Source of the DNA: Schmidtea polychroa
Lineage: Eukaryota
Direction of reading: 5' to 3'
Assembly (NCBI GenBank): GCA_044892525.1
Contig: CM097886.1
Location: 111,042,001 to 111,106,000 of the forward strand
DNA length: 64,000 nucleotides
Shown: in pieces, positions 37,770 to 49,499 of the stretch
How positions within the stretch are numbered: the first letter of the stretch is position 1
How the letters are laid out: each line of letters starts with the position of its first letter
Made by a program: the position numbers and the translations under genes
Notes under the pieces: generated by a model
The model's database searches: none
What the model saw: only the letters and a program-made list of their open reading frames with translations
Told to the model about the DNA's origin: nothing

Positions 37770-38520
37770 TATTATCTTTTTGGCAATTGCCACCGGCTTG
37801 GTTGCAGCAGGTAATGCAACCTCCAGCTATTGCTTGTAGAAGGTCTGGAATCACCTGGAAGAACAGGTGGCACTTGTGTCGGAATATGAGGTACATGGGT
37901 TCTTAGCTGGTGCCTCTTGAGGTCAGTGAAAGTGAAGGATCTATTGCATACTATGCACTGAACCTTCACTCTCTTGTTGAAATTCTTGGTACATCTTGAG
38001 GACCTATTGGCACACCTGGAGAAACATTGGAACTTGTGTCGGAATATGAGGCACATGGGTTCTTATCTGGTGCCTCTTGAGGCCAGTGAAAGTGAAGGAT
38101 CTATTGCATACTAAGCACTGAAACTTCACTCTCTTGTTGATATTTGAGATATCGAGCCTATGGTCGATGTTGTATGCGACTGCTCCTCTCTCTCACAGTT
38201 GCAACATTTTTTTTGCAACATCTTAAGCAACCATGGTCTCTTGCTGCATTTTTTTCACTTTTTGATATATCACGTTTTGGTATATCATCTTTTGGTATAA
38301 TACAAACACTTTTTTAAACTATTTTTACAAAAATTAAAATTTCTAATATCATACGTGAAATTTAAATTAAATATTTTTCTGCCAAGGATAAAATTATTTA
38401 ATATGAAATCAATAAATTTAAACGTATAATTCTGGGATCATTTACTATTCATTACGCGACATCTAAATGAACAGCAAAATGCTTTACGAAGACGACCCTC
38501 GTACCCAATGTAGTCTGGCT
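37770..38520 (-). repeat. Zinc-finger cassette, copies 3 and 4 (tandem)
   Basis: Two tandem ~170-bp finger-coding segments (37860-37990, 38030-38150) followed by the shared upstream region. Confidence 0.85.
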
Positions 38521-38590
38521 GAATCTTTAATATTTTGAATATTACTGGTTTTGAATTTTTTTTGTTCGTTCTCATAATAATGCTCTACTG

Positions 38591-38785
38591 CAGTGTTTCT
38601 CAAACTATGGGTCGCGAAAGAATTTTTGGTGGGTCGCGATGACTTATGGAAAGATCTACAAATATAAATTTTGGAAGTTTAAGCCTTTTAAATTTATTTA
38701 ATCTTTGTCATGTGGGTCGCAATAAAATTTTTGGCATGAAATGTCAAAAATTTGGGTCGTGATCAAAAATGTTTGAAAACCACTG
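38591..38785. mobile_element. hAT (Charlie/Buster-type) MITE
   Basis: TIR CAGTGTTTCTCAAAC / GTTTGAAAACCACTG; exact 8-bp TSD CTCTACTG with central TA. Confidence 0.92.
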
Positions 38786-38829
38786 CTCTACTGGGTATGG
38801 CGTAAATAAAATATGGCATAAATAATTTC

Positions 38830-39360
38830 CCTCACTGGAGTTTGAGTTGCATTCAGACAATATCTCAGAAATTTCTTACTCTTATTGCACATTGTAAGCA
38901 AATAAAGATCAAATTCATTGATTTATAACAGTTTGTAAATGAATCTTTGGATAATGCAGTAAAAACAATAAATAGTTTACCAATAACAAATGCAGCATTT
39001 ACGGGAACATTACATGATTCAAAAAATATTTTTCCATACAATTTTACCACAAAGCTTGAACTTCTACGAGAAACCAGAAAATTGCCATTAATTTTGGAAG
39101 GAGTGACACAAGCCGCATATGATAAAACAGTCAACAAATGGTCTGAAACCGGATGTGAAACCCTTTTAGATTATATGATAATATATCTGAAGTTGATGTT
39201 ATGATGATATATATGTTGGCAGATTATTTTCAACAATTCAGAACTAAAGCATTAGCTCATAATGGATCGGAACCTTTGAATTTTTTCGGAATTCCAGGAA
39301 TAACATGGTCATCGGCATTAATGTCATTGGATAGACCCATAGACGTAGATCGTTCGAAGA
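38830..39360 (+). pseudogene. Protein-primed family B DNA polymerase remnant (Polinton/Maverick/adintovirus-type)
   Basis: IKFIDL*QFVNESLDNAVK, KNIFPYNF, CETLLDYMIIYLKL, MLADYFQQFR, EPLNFFGIPGITWSSAL. These parallel the pPolB motifs RFIDS..FM.SSL..LV, KGIFPY, TLGDY.DLYLK.DV.LLADVFENFR and LDPAHYYTAPGLSWDAML. Confidence 0.8.
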
Positions 39361-39379
39361 TGGCAATAGAAGAACGTAA

Positions 39380-41170
39380 TGCACAGCAGAAAATTCATGA
39401 GACAATATGACCCGGATCTTGGTAGAGATAATGGAATTTTGGCTAGGGATCGTGTGGCAATCTCAGAAGATTTGATCGAAGTGGGAAAAAAGTAAAATAT
39501 CCGTTTAGTCGAAGATTCATAAATCGAGAGATTTGAGAAGAGTGGGAACAGTTGGGAATGATCCATGACTAAGATGCACGGATGTGATGGGAGCTAGAAA
39601 TGAGTTGAGATCAATTTGAGGGATAGAACGAAGATGATCGGTTTGCAGAATGGTAATGTAGCTAGCTTTATGGAATGTGGATATGCAGGATCCGGAGAGA
39701 TAGGATATGAAAAATGGAGCTTTATGGCAGAACTTATAATTTGGCATGAATAGTTGTGGTAGAGTCAACCGGATATTGGTCATGAGGTTGCGGCAGCATA
39801 AGACTGTGAGGAGAGGAATGAACGAAAACTTGCCATCCGAACGATCTACGAATTATTTATCATGAATGAAAAGATTATTATTTTAATTACCTTTGATATT
39901 TTATTGATGATGAGAGGTGAGCTGATTAGCCGGGAGGACGTCTGGAACTGTTGATACCCGTATCGATAGGGCACAGATCGTCTTGCTGGATGATTAGTCA
40001 CGGGTATTTGAGCGAAATTATGAGCAAATATGAATGAAGAGGGATGGGTTCTCTGGCTCAGCAATCACAATGGTTCTTCGATTTCACATTCTAGTGTAGT
40101 GTAGAGACACAAACTTCTTCCTTTTCCGATTTATTCATCTTGTGAGAGGAATAGCTTCCGAGACGTGTGACAGAGTGATAAAATCCAATTTTCTTGCTTC
40201 ACAAGTTTATACTTTTAACGGTTTGATCGCTAACCAGTAGATACCGGTAGTCGCAAAATAATATAACCATCTTCTTGGAGAAGCTCGTGGGAAATCTGAT
40301 CTCGTTCACTGATAAATAATCCTTGCAAAATTTTCAGACAGTAAATATCCGATAAGAAATTGACGTTGACAGAGAGTGCCGATGTATCCACGATAAACAT
40401 TCCTTTTATGATTATTAGATTACTGTGGAAATATGCGACGTCTGAAGTAAATAGGCATTAGGAGATCCTGATAAATATCTAGATAATCTAACTCATTATG
40501 ACATAAATCGCACGGCATAAAACAATCTTCACAAAAATCGAATAAACATTCAAGTGCCTATGAGGTCATCCATCATCGATAGGTATGGCAGGTGTTTATC
40601 TCCCGAAATTCTTCGTCTCGATTAAATTTCCCTCGAGATAAATAAGATCAGACACGTTAAAAAAAAATCAAAGTTTTATTATTAATTACATACGGCCAGT
40701 TAAGGCATAAGGGGAGAACTTCTCAACCATTCATAATAAACAGTTTTTATAGTACAATCATAGGTCGCTGAGACGATGTCCCAAGCGACAAACATGGGTC
40801 CGATAGTTCCATAGCTACTATGGAGTAGGCTCTCCGCGGGCCGGCTATAGTAAGGTAATAAGGTATAAATATTGAAATGCATTGAGTACGTAGTATAAAT
40901 AAGTCCAGCATACATGTCCGGGAATAGTGTGCCTGGGACAAAAGCTGAACTCCTCTTTAAGTATAGGAGGTTATATAGATGAGTGTTATCAAATATCCAG
41001 GATGCGGGTTTTGTTTGCATCAGGTCGGAGGTTGCAGGATCATTGTTATTGAGAGATAAAGCAGGATCAATGTTAGCAGTGAGATGATATCAGGATCAAT
41101 GTTGATAAATGTAGCACAAGTCAAATTAGATGGTATCAGGATCAATGTTGATAAAAATAACACAAGTCAA
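39380..41170 (-). mobile_element. Possible second, strongly degraded non-LTR element 5' region
   Basis: Base composition like 43-48 kb, broken minus-strand frames, a Cys cluster FCEDCFMPCDLCH; no RT seen. Confidence 0.3.
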
Positions 41171-41177
41171 ATTAGTT

Positions 41178-42156
41178 GATTTCAGGAGCAGTGTTGATAA
41201 ATATGACATAAGGCAAGGCACAAATTGATTTCCAGGGGTTCATTGCAGGAGCAGATGCTTTCAGGCATTCTCATTGGCAGTGCCAGCTCGTGTCCTAGGC
41301 AGATTTCCAGGTGCCGGTGTGGGAGTTTGCAAGGGCCTGTTGACGGGTCGATCCTGGAGGCACGCATCTCGATCCAAGGGCATCCATGTCCATGGCAGAT
41401 CAGCAGGCGAAGTCCAGATCTAGCGAGGTCATTCCATTGTATGTGGGTAGTAGTTCTATGAAAATATATGGGGCATGGCATATCAGCCAAAGGGACAGGG
41501 CAATATGTATNNNNNNNNNNNNNNNNNNNNNNNNNNNNNNNNNNNNNNNNNNNNNNNNNNNNNNNNNNNNNNNNNNNNNNNNNNNNNNNNNNNNNNNNNN
41601 NNNNNNNNNNNNNNNNNNNNNNNNNNNNNNNNNNNNNNNNNNNNNNNNNNNNNNNNNNNNNNNNNNNNNNNNNNNNNNNNNNNNNNNNNNNNNNNNNNNN
41701 NNNNNNNNNNNNNNNNNNNNNNNNNNNNNNNNNNNNNNNNNNNNNNNNNNNNNNNNNNNNNNNNNNNNNNNNNNNNNNNNNNNNNNNNNNNNNNNNNNNN
41801 NNNNNNNNNNNNNNNNNNNNNNNNGATTTCAGGAGCAGTGTTGATAAATATGACATAAGGCAAGGCACAAATTGATTTCCAGGGGATCATTGCCGGAGCA
41901 GATGCTTTCAGGCATTCTCATTGGCAGTGCCAGCTCGTGTCCAGGTAGATTTCCAGGTGCCGGTGTGTGAGTTTGCGAGGGCCTGTTGACGGGCCGATCC
42001 TGGAGGCACGCATCTCGATCCAAGGGCATCCATGTCCATGGCAGATCAGCAGGCGAAGTCCAGATCTAGCGAGGTCATTCCATTGTATGTGGGTAGTAGT
42101 TCTATGAAAATATATGGGGCATGGCATATCAGCCAAAGGGACAGGGCAATATGTAT
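41178..42156. repeat. Two near-identical ~332-bp units (41178-41510, 41825-42156), each ending at an N gap
   Basis: Direct repeat with few mismatches; gaps at 41511-41824 and 42157-42588. Confidence 0.9.
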
Positions 42157-42791
42157 NNNNNNNNNNNNNNNNNNNNNNNNNNNNNNNNNNNNNNNNNNNN
42201 NNNNNNNNNNNNNNNNNNNNNNNNNNNNNNNNNNNNNNNNNNNNNNNNNNNNNNNNNNNNNNNNNNNNNNNNNNNNNNNNNNNNNNNNNNNNNNNNNNNN
42301 NNNNNNNNNNNNNNNNNNNNNNNNNNNNNNNNNNNNNNNNNNNNNNNNNNNNNNNNNNNNNNNNNNNNNNNNNNNNNNNNNNNNNNNNNNNNNNNNNNNN
42401 NNNNNNNNNNNNNNNNNNNNNNNNNNNNNNNNNNNNNNNNNNNNNNNNNNNNNNNNNNNNNNNNNNNNNNNNNNNNNNNNNNNNNNNNNNNNNNNNNNNN
42501 NNNNNNNNNNNNNNNNNNNNNNNNNNNNNNNNNNNNNNNNNNNNNNNNNNNNNNNNNNNNNNNNNNNNNNNNNNNNNNNNNNNNNNNNTAGTATAAGGGG
42601 TAATAGTGTTAGTAATACTAATAACGCCAATAAAAACAGCAACAACAGAAACAGCAATGGTAGCACTAGGAGTAATGGTATTAATGATGCAAGTAAGGGC
42701 AATAGTGCTAGGGATAATACCAGATATCAAAGTATACGATATATAGGGAGAAGGTAGCATGAGACGTAGGGTAGAACGAAATAAAGAGGAA

Positions 42792-45700
42792 TTATGGGTC
42801 CTTATAAGTGTGCTCTATATATATATGGTAGCTACTCTGTATTGCAGCCGTGCATGCTATCTTTGCAAGGGCGTTGGTTTCAGATTTAGAAAGGCCTTTC
42901 GTTTTTAGGATAGAGTCATTTAGGTTGTCCCAAGTTCCAAGAGTTCCTATGACAAGGGCAGACAGAGTAATCTTACATTTATGGAGGTGACCTAACTCTA
43001 TGGCCAGGTTTTTATATTTGTCGAAGTTATCAGATTTAGCTCTTTTGAAATTGTCCTTAGATTCATATGGTACTTTGATATCTAGGATGTGTATTAGAGT
43101 TTCTCTCAGATCTTATTAGGAGGTCAGGTCTCAGAGTAGTTACAATACCTATTGGTGGGCATTCGATATCAAATTTGAAGTTTAAACAGGTCAGGTAGTC
43201 AGAGATGGATCGTAGTACATTATTGTGCTTATTTCGCCTGGCGTTAATTTTGGCTGGGCAATGATTAAAGATATGTGCCTGTGTCTCAGGATGTGCATGA
43301 CAGTGCCTACAGAGGATAGATTTCTTATTTTTAAGGCGTTCTGGGGAGTAGTTGAGTTTAAGAAGGTTATTTCTTGCACGGATAAGGAAGAGGTATTGGG
43401 GATCAGTCAGTTTATCTGTTTTAATGAAGAACGCAGCGGTGCTACTGTCACTAATAGTCTTAGAGATAAAACCTTGACATTTCAATTCAAACAATTTCTC
43501 GGCATGGTAGAGTCCTATGAGGGAATGCAGTTCAGATGACGTTTCATGGATATTATCTCTACTAAAGTAATTTATTCTGTTTTTATATTTAACCTCAAGC
43601 TTTAGGATATCATCTACAATTTTTATTTTGGCAGTTATCCCATACTTAAGTAAGAGTCTATTTGAAAATTTTCTGAATTTAGAAAAGAGGGAGAAAGTTG
43701 GGTAGTTGTTTGTAATATCACCATTTAACCAGGCAATTGCTGCTTCCAGGAGGCCTTTTCCTCTAGCTTCTGTTAGCTCAGATATAACCATATGTCGGAA
43801 ACCTAGGTCGTCAGAGTTGAGTATCCTAATAAGATGCACTATACTTTGTATTAGGTATTCGTCTATGGCAGATGTGAGACCAATACCCCCTAGCTTAATG
43901 GAGGCGTATAGAAAGTTGTTGTTAAGTTGCATAATTTTGTCCCCCATTGCGACTCTAAAGATCTCTTTTAATTTCTGGTCATATCCAAGGTGGAGTAATT
44001 TGCCTCTTTGTTGCCTTTTCGAGTCAAGTGTCATGTGGTTGATTACACAGTTTCTAAGAGTGAAGATAAGTCTAGAGTGTATAAAGATTTTGTAAGAGGA
44101 GATTTTTTGAGCCGGATGTAGGTGAGATTCAAAGATTTTAACTGTGTCACTTAACGCAAGATTAAGTCGTTCCTCAATGTTGTGGCGATTCTTAGAAGAG
44201 AAGTCTACACCAAGATATCTATATAGGTTATCCTCATCAATAATTGGGATCGATTCATTATATAGTTTTATTGGAGGGGGTTTTTCGCTGGTTTATAAAG
44301 AAGTAGCCAGATTTAGAGGGTTTGAATTTCAGGTTGACGTTTCCGGCGAGTTCGACAGTTTCAGCTAGTGCATTAGAGATGGATGTGTAGGAGCTAGATA
44401 TAAGGACGATATCATCCGCATAGGCTACCTATATTATGTTCATGGAGGAAAAGGGGTGGTTAATCAAGATGCGTTTAAGTATAAAGTCAATACATAGGCA
44501 GAAGAGGGTCATGGAGAGGGGCATCCTTGTTTTACCCCCTTATGGATGGGTACTGATTGTGATTTTTCTCCTTCACATTCAAAGATTGTACGGACATTAG
44601 AGTACATGTCTTTGATAAGATTTATAGTTTTATCATGTAGTCCCATTTGGATAAGTGAGTGCCATATAAGATCATGGGGAATAGATCCGAAAGCATCGGT
44701 GATGTCTAGCCATATGATATGGAGTTCACTTTTGTTCCTATGTGAGTAATCTTTAATCAAGTGTAGGACTACATTATGTTCGGCACAACCATCGGGTGCA
44801 CCTCTGGCTTTCTGGTTAGGGGATATCAGGTGGCCTTCACTAATCCACTGGAGGATACGATTATTTAGGAGAGAAGAGATATAGGTCTCCAGGAACCTGC
44901 TTCATGACTAGATTCATTTTTACCGTTTTTTAAGATCAGCTTAGTTCTAAAGGTTTTCCAGCTTACAGGACATAAAGAGGATTCAAGAATGCTATTAAAG
45001 ATGGCCTGTATTAGTGTAAGGTCAGGGCTTATACGTATCCAATCAGACAGAGTAATTTTATCAATTCCAGGTGCAGTACTATCAAGCGAATTAATGGTCA
45101 GCCGAATATCTTCAAGAGTGGTATGGGCAGAGGTTGGAAGGAGAGACCTAGCAAGTTGGACGTTGGCGAGCTTTTACCACTAAAAAGGTTAAGGATATTA
45201 TTCATAGTAGGCCTATGTATACTTTGTGTATCATTTATTATCTTAAGTATTTCATCTTTAGGTTTTATTTTAAAACGGAATCTTTTAACAGATAGGAGTT
45301 CTCTCTCATTTTTTATTTTTTGTTGGTGGCATCTGCTGGCTTGGGAATTTGGTATTTATGAGGGTTAATGTTGCCATTTATCTTTTCTATCTCAAGTAGG
45401 GCAGATTGGGCATCTATTAGGTTCTGTGTAAGCTGCTCAGTTAAATTAATTAAAAAGGCTTTGTATTTTCTAATGTCACTCGTGTCAGATCTGTCCTCAA
45501 TAAAATGTCTTATAATACGTTTGATTTCAGTGGTCATTTCGGTTTTGTTCGGTATAGTAAGTGGGATGTGGGTGTTTAAGCATGAGATGAGGTGAGTCAC
45601 ATATATCGCAGAATCAGAGTGTGAGTAGCATCTAGGGTATTCAATGTTTGATAAAGAGAAGGATATAGGTGATACAATATTTTGTAGATGCAGTATTGTA

Positions 45701-48700
45701 TCAAGAAGGTTAGAGGCTAGGTCAAGGTGAGTGTTGAGACTATCGTCAATAAGTGGGTCAATTATTACTGCTAATTTCCGTCTTTTGTCTAGGAAAAAGA
45801 AGGACCACGAGGCTTTCCCTGAGGACATGGGCATAATTATCTCATTCCACTCTGCGAAGTCTTTGAAGAGAAAGTTGTTGAAGAAAGTCTTAAAGTTGTG
45901 CTGTATAAGTGAGTTACCTATAAAGGGATCTACAAAGATTGTAGATTTTCTCATCGAATTCTGGTATATATATGCTTTTATTGTATGTTGGGACCATCAT
46001 GCACATTCCTTATCTATGTTGTTAGAAAAGAGGATATTCTCAGGGAGCGGTGTTATCTGCAATGTTATCAATGTTATCTGCAGAGGATATTTCTTCCCCA
46101 GTGAATACTATGGGTTTCATCACATCATTAATGCATAGAATGGGGTTAGTGTCAGTTTCCGTTATTTGCAGTTGTGAATTTTGTATAGGAATATGGTTAA
46201 TAGAGGGATGGGCCTGATCAACGTGTGCTTTAACTTGGAGGAAGGGAATCCATGAGCCACAAATACAGTATATATCATCATATGAGTCAAAGATGTAAGT
46301 CCTATGGTAGTCTCTCATATGATCGTTAATGACTGTGATGGAGGAGTCGATGGGGAAGGTGGAAAGGCATTTATGACAGTTTTTGTTGAGGTATTTACAT
46401 GAGAAACGGTTTGATGGTGTAATTCTTATTGTTACTCGTTTAAGGAATTTCTGGTCCACCTGGGCGTCATGTTTATAGTGCTCAATGTGGTTAAAAAGGT
46501 CCCTGTATTTAACTAAGTTGAGGGTAGATCTGGGGTTTTCTCCACCTTTATTACATTGATGGCAGTCTATCTCGGTGTCGTCACAGATGTAGACATTATG
46601 TACTTCCATTGCGTGCGCTATGAAAGTGGCTCTATCGTGTATGCATAGTACTGTGCATATTGGGGTTTCAATATTGCATCTAAGTTTGCCCCTACTATTT
46701 AGATGGAAAAAATTCTGGATCAGTTGTGGGTCCTTCACTTTATTTGCAGAGTTTAGGGTTATTTTAGGGATTCTCTTCGGTGGCGGTGGGGGGGGGGAGT
46801 TAGGAAGGGTGGGGTGTTTTGTGGGATGCTATTGGTTTTAACTTTTATTGATTTGCCTCGTACTCTTATCTGTGAATCTACTGCAATGAGGTCGTGGCAT
46901 CTATTAATTTCATTGTCAGTTAGGTTACCAGGGTTGGATATCAGGGGTGTTGGTTCGAGAGTGGGTTCGGTATAGTTGTTAGTGGTTCCTTCATTTGGAA
47001 GTGGTAGACAGGAGATAGTATAGATGGAAGTATTTGTGCTATCTGATAGTACGACGTCGTCTATGTCGTGTAAAGGTATGGAATTGGTAATAGGTGGGTT
47101 TGGAAAGATGTCTAGATCAACATTGTTTGTTATGATGATGTTGGTATGGGGTAGGTTGTTGCTGGGTTTGTGGGTAGCAAGAGAGTGGTCCCTATCAGGT
47201 ATGCTATAGCAAGAGGTAATAGAGTCTTCAAGCGGTGAAGGTCTGGTTCGTGGTGGTATGATAAGGGAGTCTTTAGGGTGGTACTCTCTATCTATGATGG
47301 GTTCATGGGTTGTGTAGGGAGTGTTAGGGGAAGTAAGCTTTGTGGAATTAGGGTTGGGAGGTTGTCTATAGTCTATGGTGTTGGGTATATAGTCAATTGG
47401 GAAAAGTTTAATAAATTTATTCAATGTTTTCTCGAGGTCGTCTAATCTTTTGTTAGCGTTGTGTCTAATGTTATATCTATATCTATTACTATGCTTATTT
47501 TTTGTACATATTGATCTTCATATCGGGCTTTGCCTTAACTTGTTCATATACACTTCGTTCAGAGCTGCTATCCGATGCATCTGTGTGTGAAAAAGTTGTT
47601 GTGATTCATCAGTTATTCTTTCTGGTTGATGGAATTGTGGGGGAATGTTAGATTCATTTGATTCATTGTCAGAGGGTTCAGGTTGATGGAATTGTGGGGG
47701 TAGATTTAGATCATCTGCAGGTGGTGTGGGAGATAGTTGTATCTCAACAATGTCACAGGGTAGGTTAGGAGTGGTTGATGTGCTGTGGTTGGTCCAGCGT
47801 TGCTGTATTTTTGTTATTTGTGAGGTTAATAGAGTAAGTGTTTTTTGTGTATTAGATTGTTGTTGTTGTTGTAGTATGAAATTGTGTTGCAGGTCTTTTG
47901 TGGTTTTTCGTATCTTGTGGATAATTGCTGATTGTTGCTGTTGATTAGTCTGTGAATTTCTTGTATGAGGTGTTTATCCCTTTTGTTGTATGTGGTGTTT
48001 GTGTTTTGAGTAGAAGAAGAGTGTAGTGGGGTTTCTGTGTTATCATTGTTGGATTTCGGCGTGGTAATGTAATTGGATGTTTGGCTAGTTGATTGGATTG
48101 TGTATGTTTGGGGATTTTCGAGTGAGGAGGGCTGGTTTTCTATTTGTTGGGTATGGGGGATGATGGGGCTTCTGATGGTATTGTGGACATTGTTGTTGAT
48201 GGATGTGGGTATCTTTATATTGGGTTGTGGAGGTGGGTTTGAGATTGTAATATTGTCATGAGTTGTATCAGTAGCTAGTGTGGTTAAAATGTGGAATCTG
48301 TTATTATTAAGATTTGGTGAGGCTTGATTGTTGAGAGTGTTATCTGAGGATGTGTGGGATAGTATACGTTCTGAAGTGTTAGTTTGGGGAAAGGTGGGGT
48401 GATTGTGGGAATCATTAGTGTTAATTGGGTGTGGTTGGTTGCTGTTGTTGTTGTTGGATATGTCATTATTATATTCTTTTATAATATTTATATAGGAGGG
48501 GTCTTTGTGGAACATGGTCTAAAAGTGTTTAAAGAGTTCTCTTATTTCCCTCCGAAAAGTATTATTGGATATTTTTGTTTTGGCAGTGTGGAGTGAAACT
48601 GTATTAGTATTGTTGGTGGGAGTTTGTGTTTGTTGAGTGGCAGTGGTGGTCGGTATATCGTTCAATGTGAGTGGCGTCACTGTCATCATCTGTTTGGTGG

Positions 48701-48720
48701 GGGCCGGCGAATCGGCATTT
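42792..48720 (-). mobile_element. RLE-type non-LTR retrotransposon (NeSL/R5/LIN-like), frameshifted
   Basis: N-terminal P/T/N-rich region, several CCHH fingers (46040-46738), Ulp1-like segment (45313-45954), RT (QGCP, YADD at 44411-22), CCHC knuckle CRHCHAHPETQAHIFNHC, and endonuclease LRPDLLI...ILDIKVPYE...KYKNL...LVIGTLGTW. Confidence 0.92.
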
Positions 48721-48909
48721 TTCTCTCAGATCTTATTAGGAGGTCAGGTCTCAGAGTAGTTACAATACCTATTGGTGGGCATTCGATATCAAATTTGAAG
48801 TTTAAACAGGTCAGGTAGTCAGAGATGGATCGTAGTACATTATTGTGCTTATTTCGCCTGGCGTTAATTTTGGCTGGGCAATGATTAAAGATATGTGCCT
48901 GTGTCTCAG
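48720..48909 (-). repeat. Exact 190-bp duplicate of 43100-43289 (knuckle/RLE region) at the 5' end of the same element
   Basis: Base-by-base identity on inspection. Confidence 0.95.
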
Positions 48910-48910
48910 A

Positions 48911-49467
48911 GTTTTTCCGACATTTTTTAAAAAAGGAATTTGTTTAGTAATTTTAAACAAGCAATTAATTTTTTCTTTTAATATATTGTTAGTTTCATTA
49001 ATTTCTTTTCTTATTTGTAAAAGGTTAATATCAATTTCGTTTCTATCTTTTTCATTATAATTTTCAGGATTAAAATTTTTTTCATTGTTAGAATTATTAT
49101 AATTAAATTCAGCATTATGGTAATTTTTATAATTATAATTACAATTAAATCCTTTAGTATAAAAATTTTTGTTATTGTCATTTTTTACTTTATTATTTAA
49201 ATAGTTTTTACTATTATAATTTTCAGGATTAAAATTCATTTCATTTTGAGCATTATTATAATTAAATTCATCATTATGGCAATTTCTATAATTATAATAA
49301 TTTCCCCCATTTTTCTTATTTTCAGGATTAAGATTTATTTCATTTTTAGCATTATTATAATTAAATTCATCATTAAGGTAATTCCTAGAATTATAATAAT
49401 TTCCAACATTTTTACTTTGTTTAGATATTGTGCTATTTTTATTAATATTAATTTCAGAAATAGGCAT
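48911..49467 (-). CDS. Asn/Tyr-rich internally repeated ORF of unknown function
   Basis: About 185 stop-free codons in very AT-rich DNA; NY.N..EFNYNN..NE.N.NPEN unit repeated about 3 times. Confidence 0.4.
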
Positions 49468-49499
49468 ATTATTATAATGAGTACTTTTATGGCGATCGT

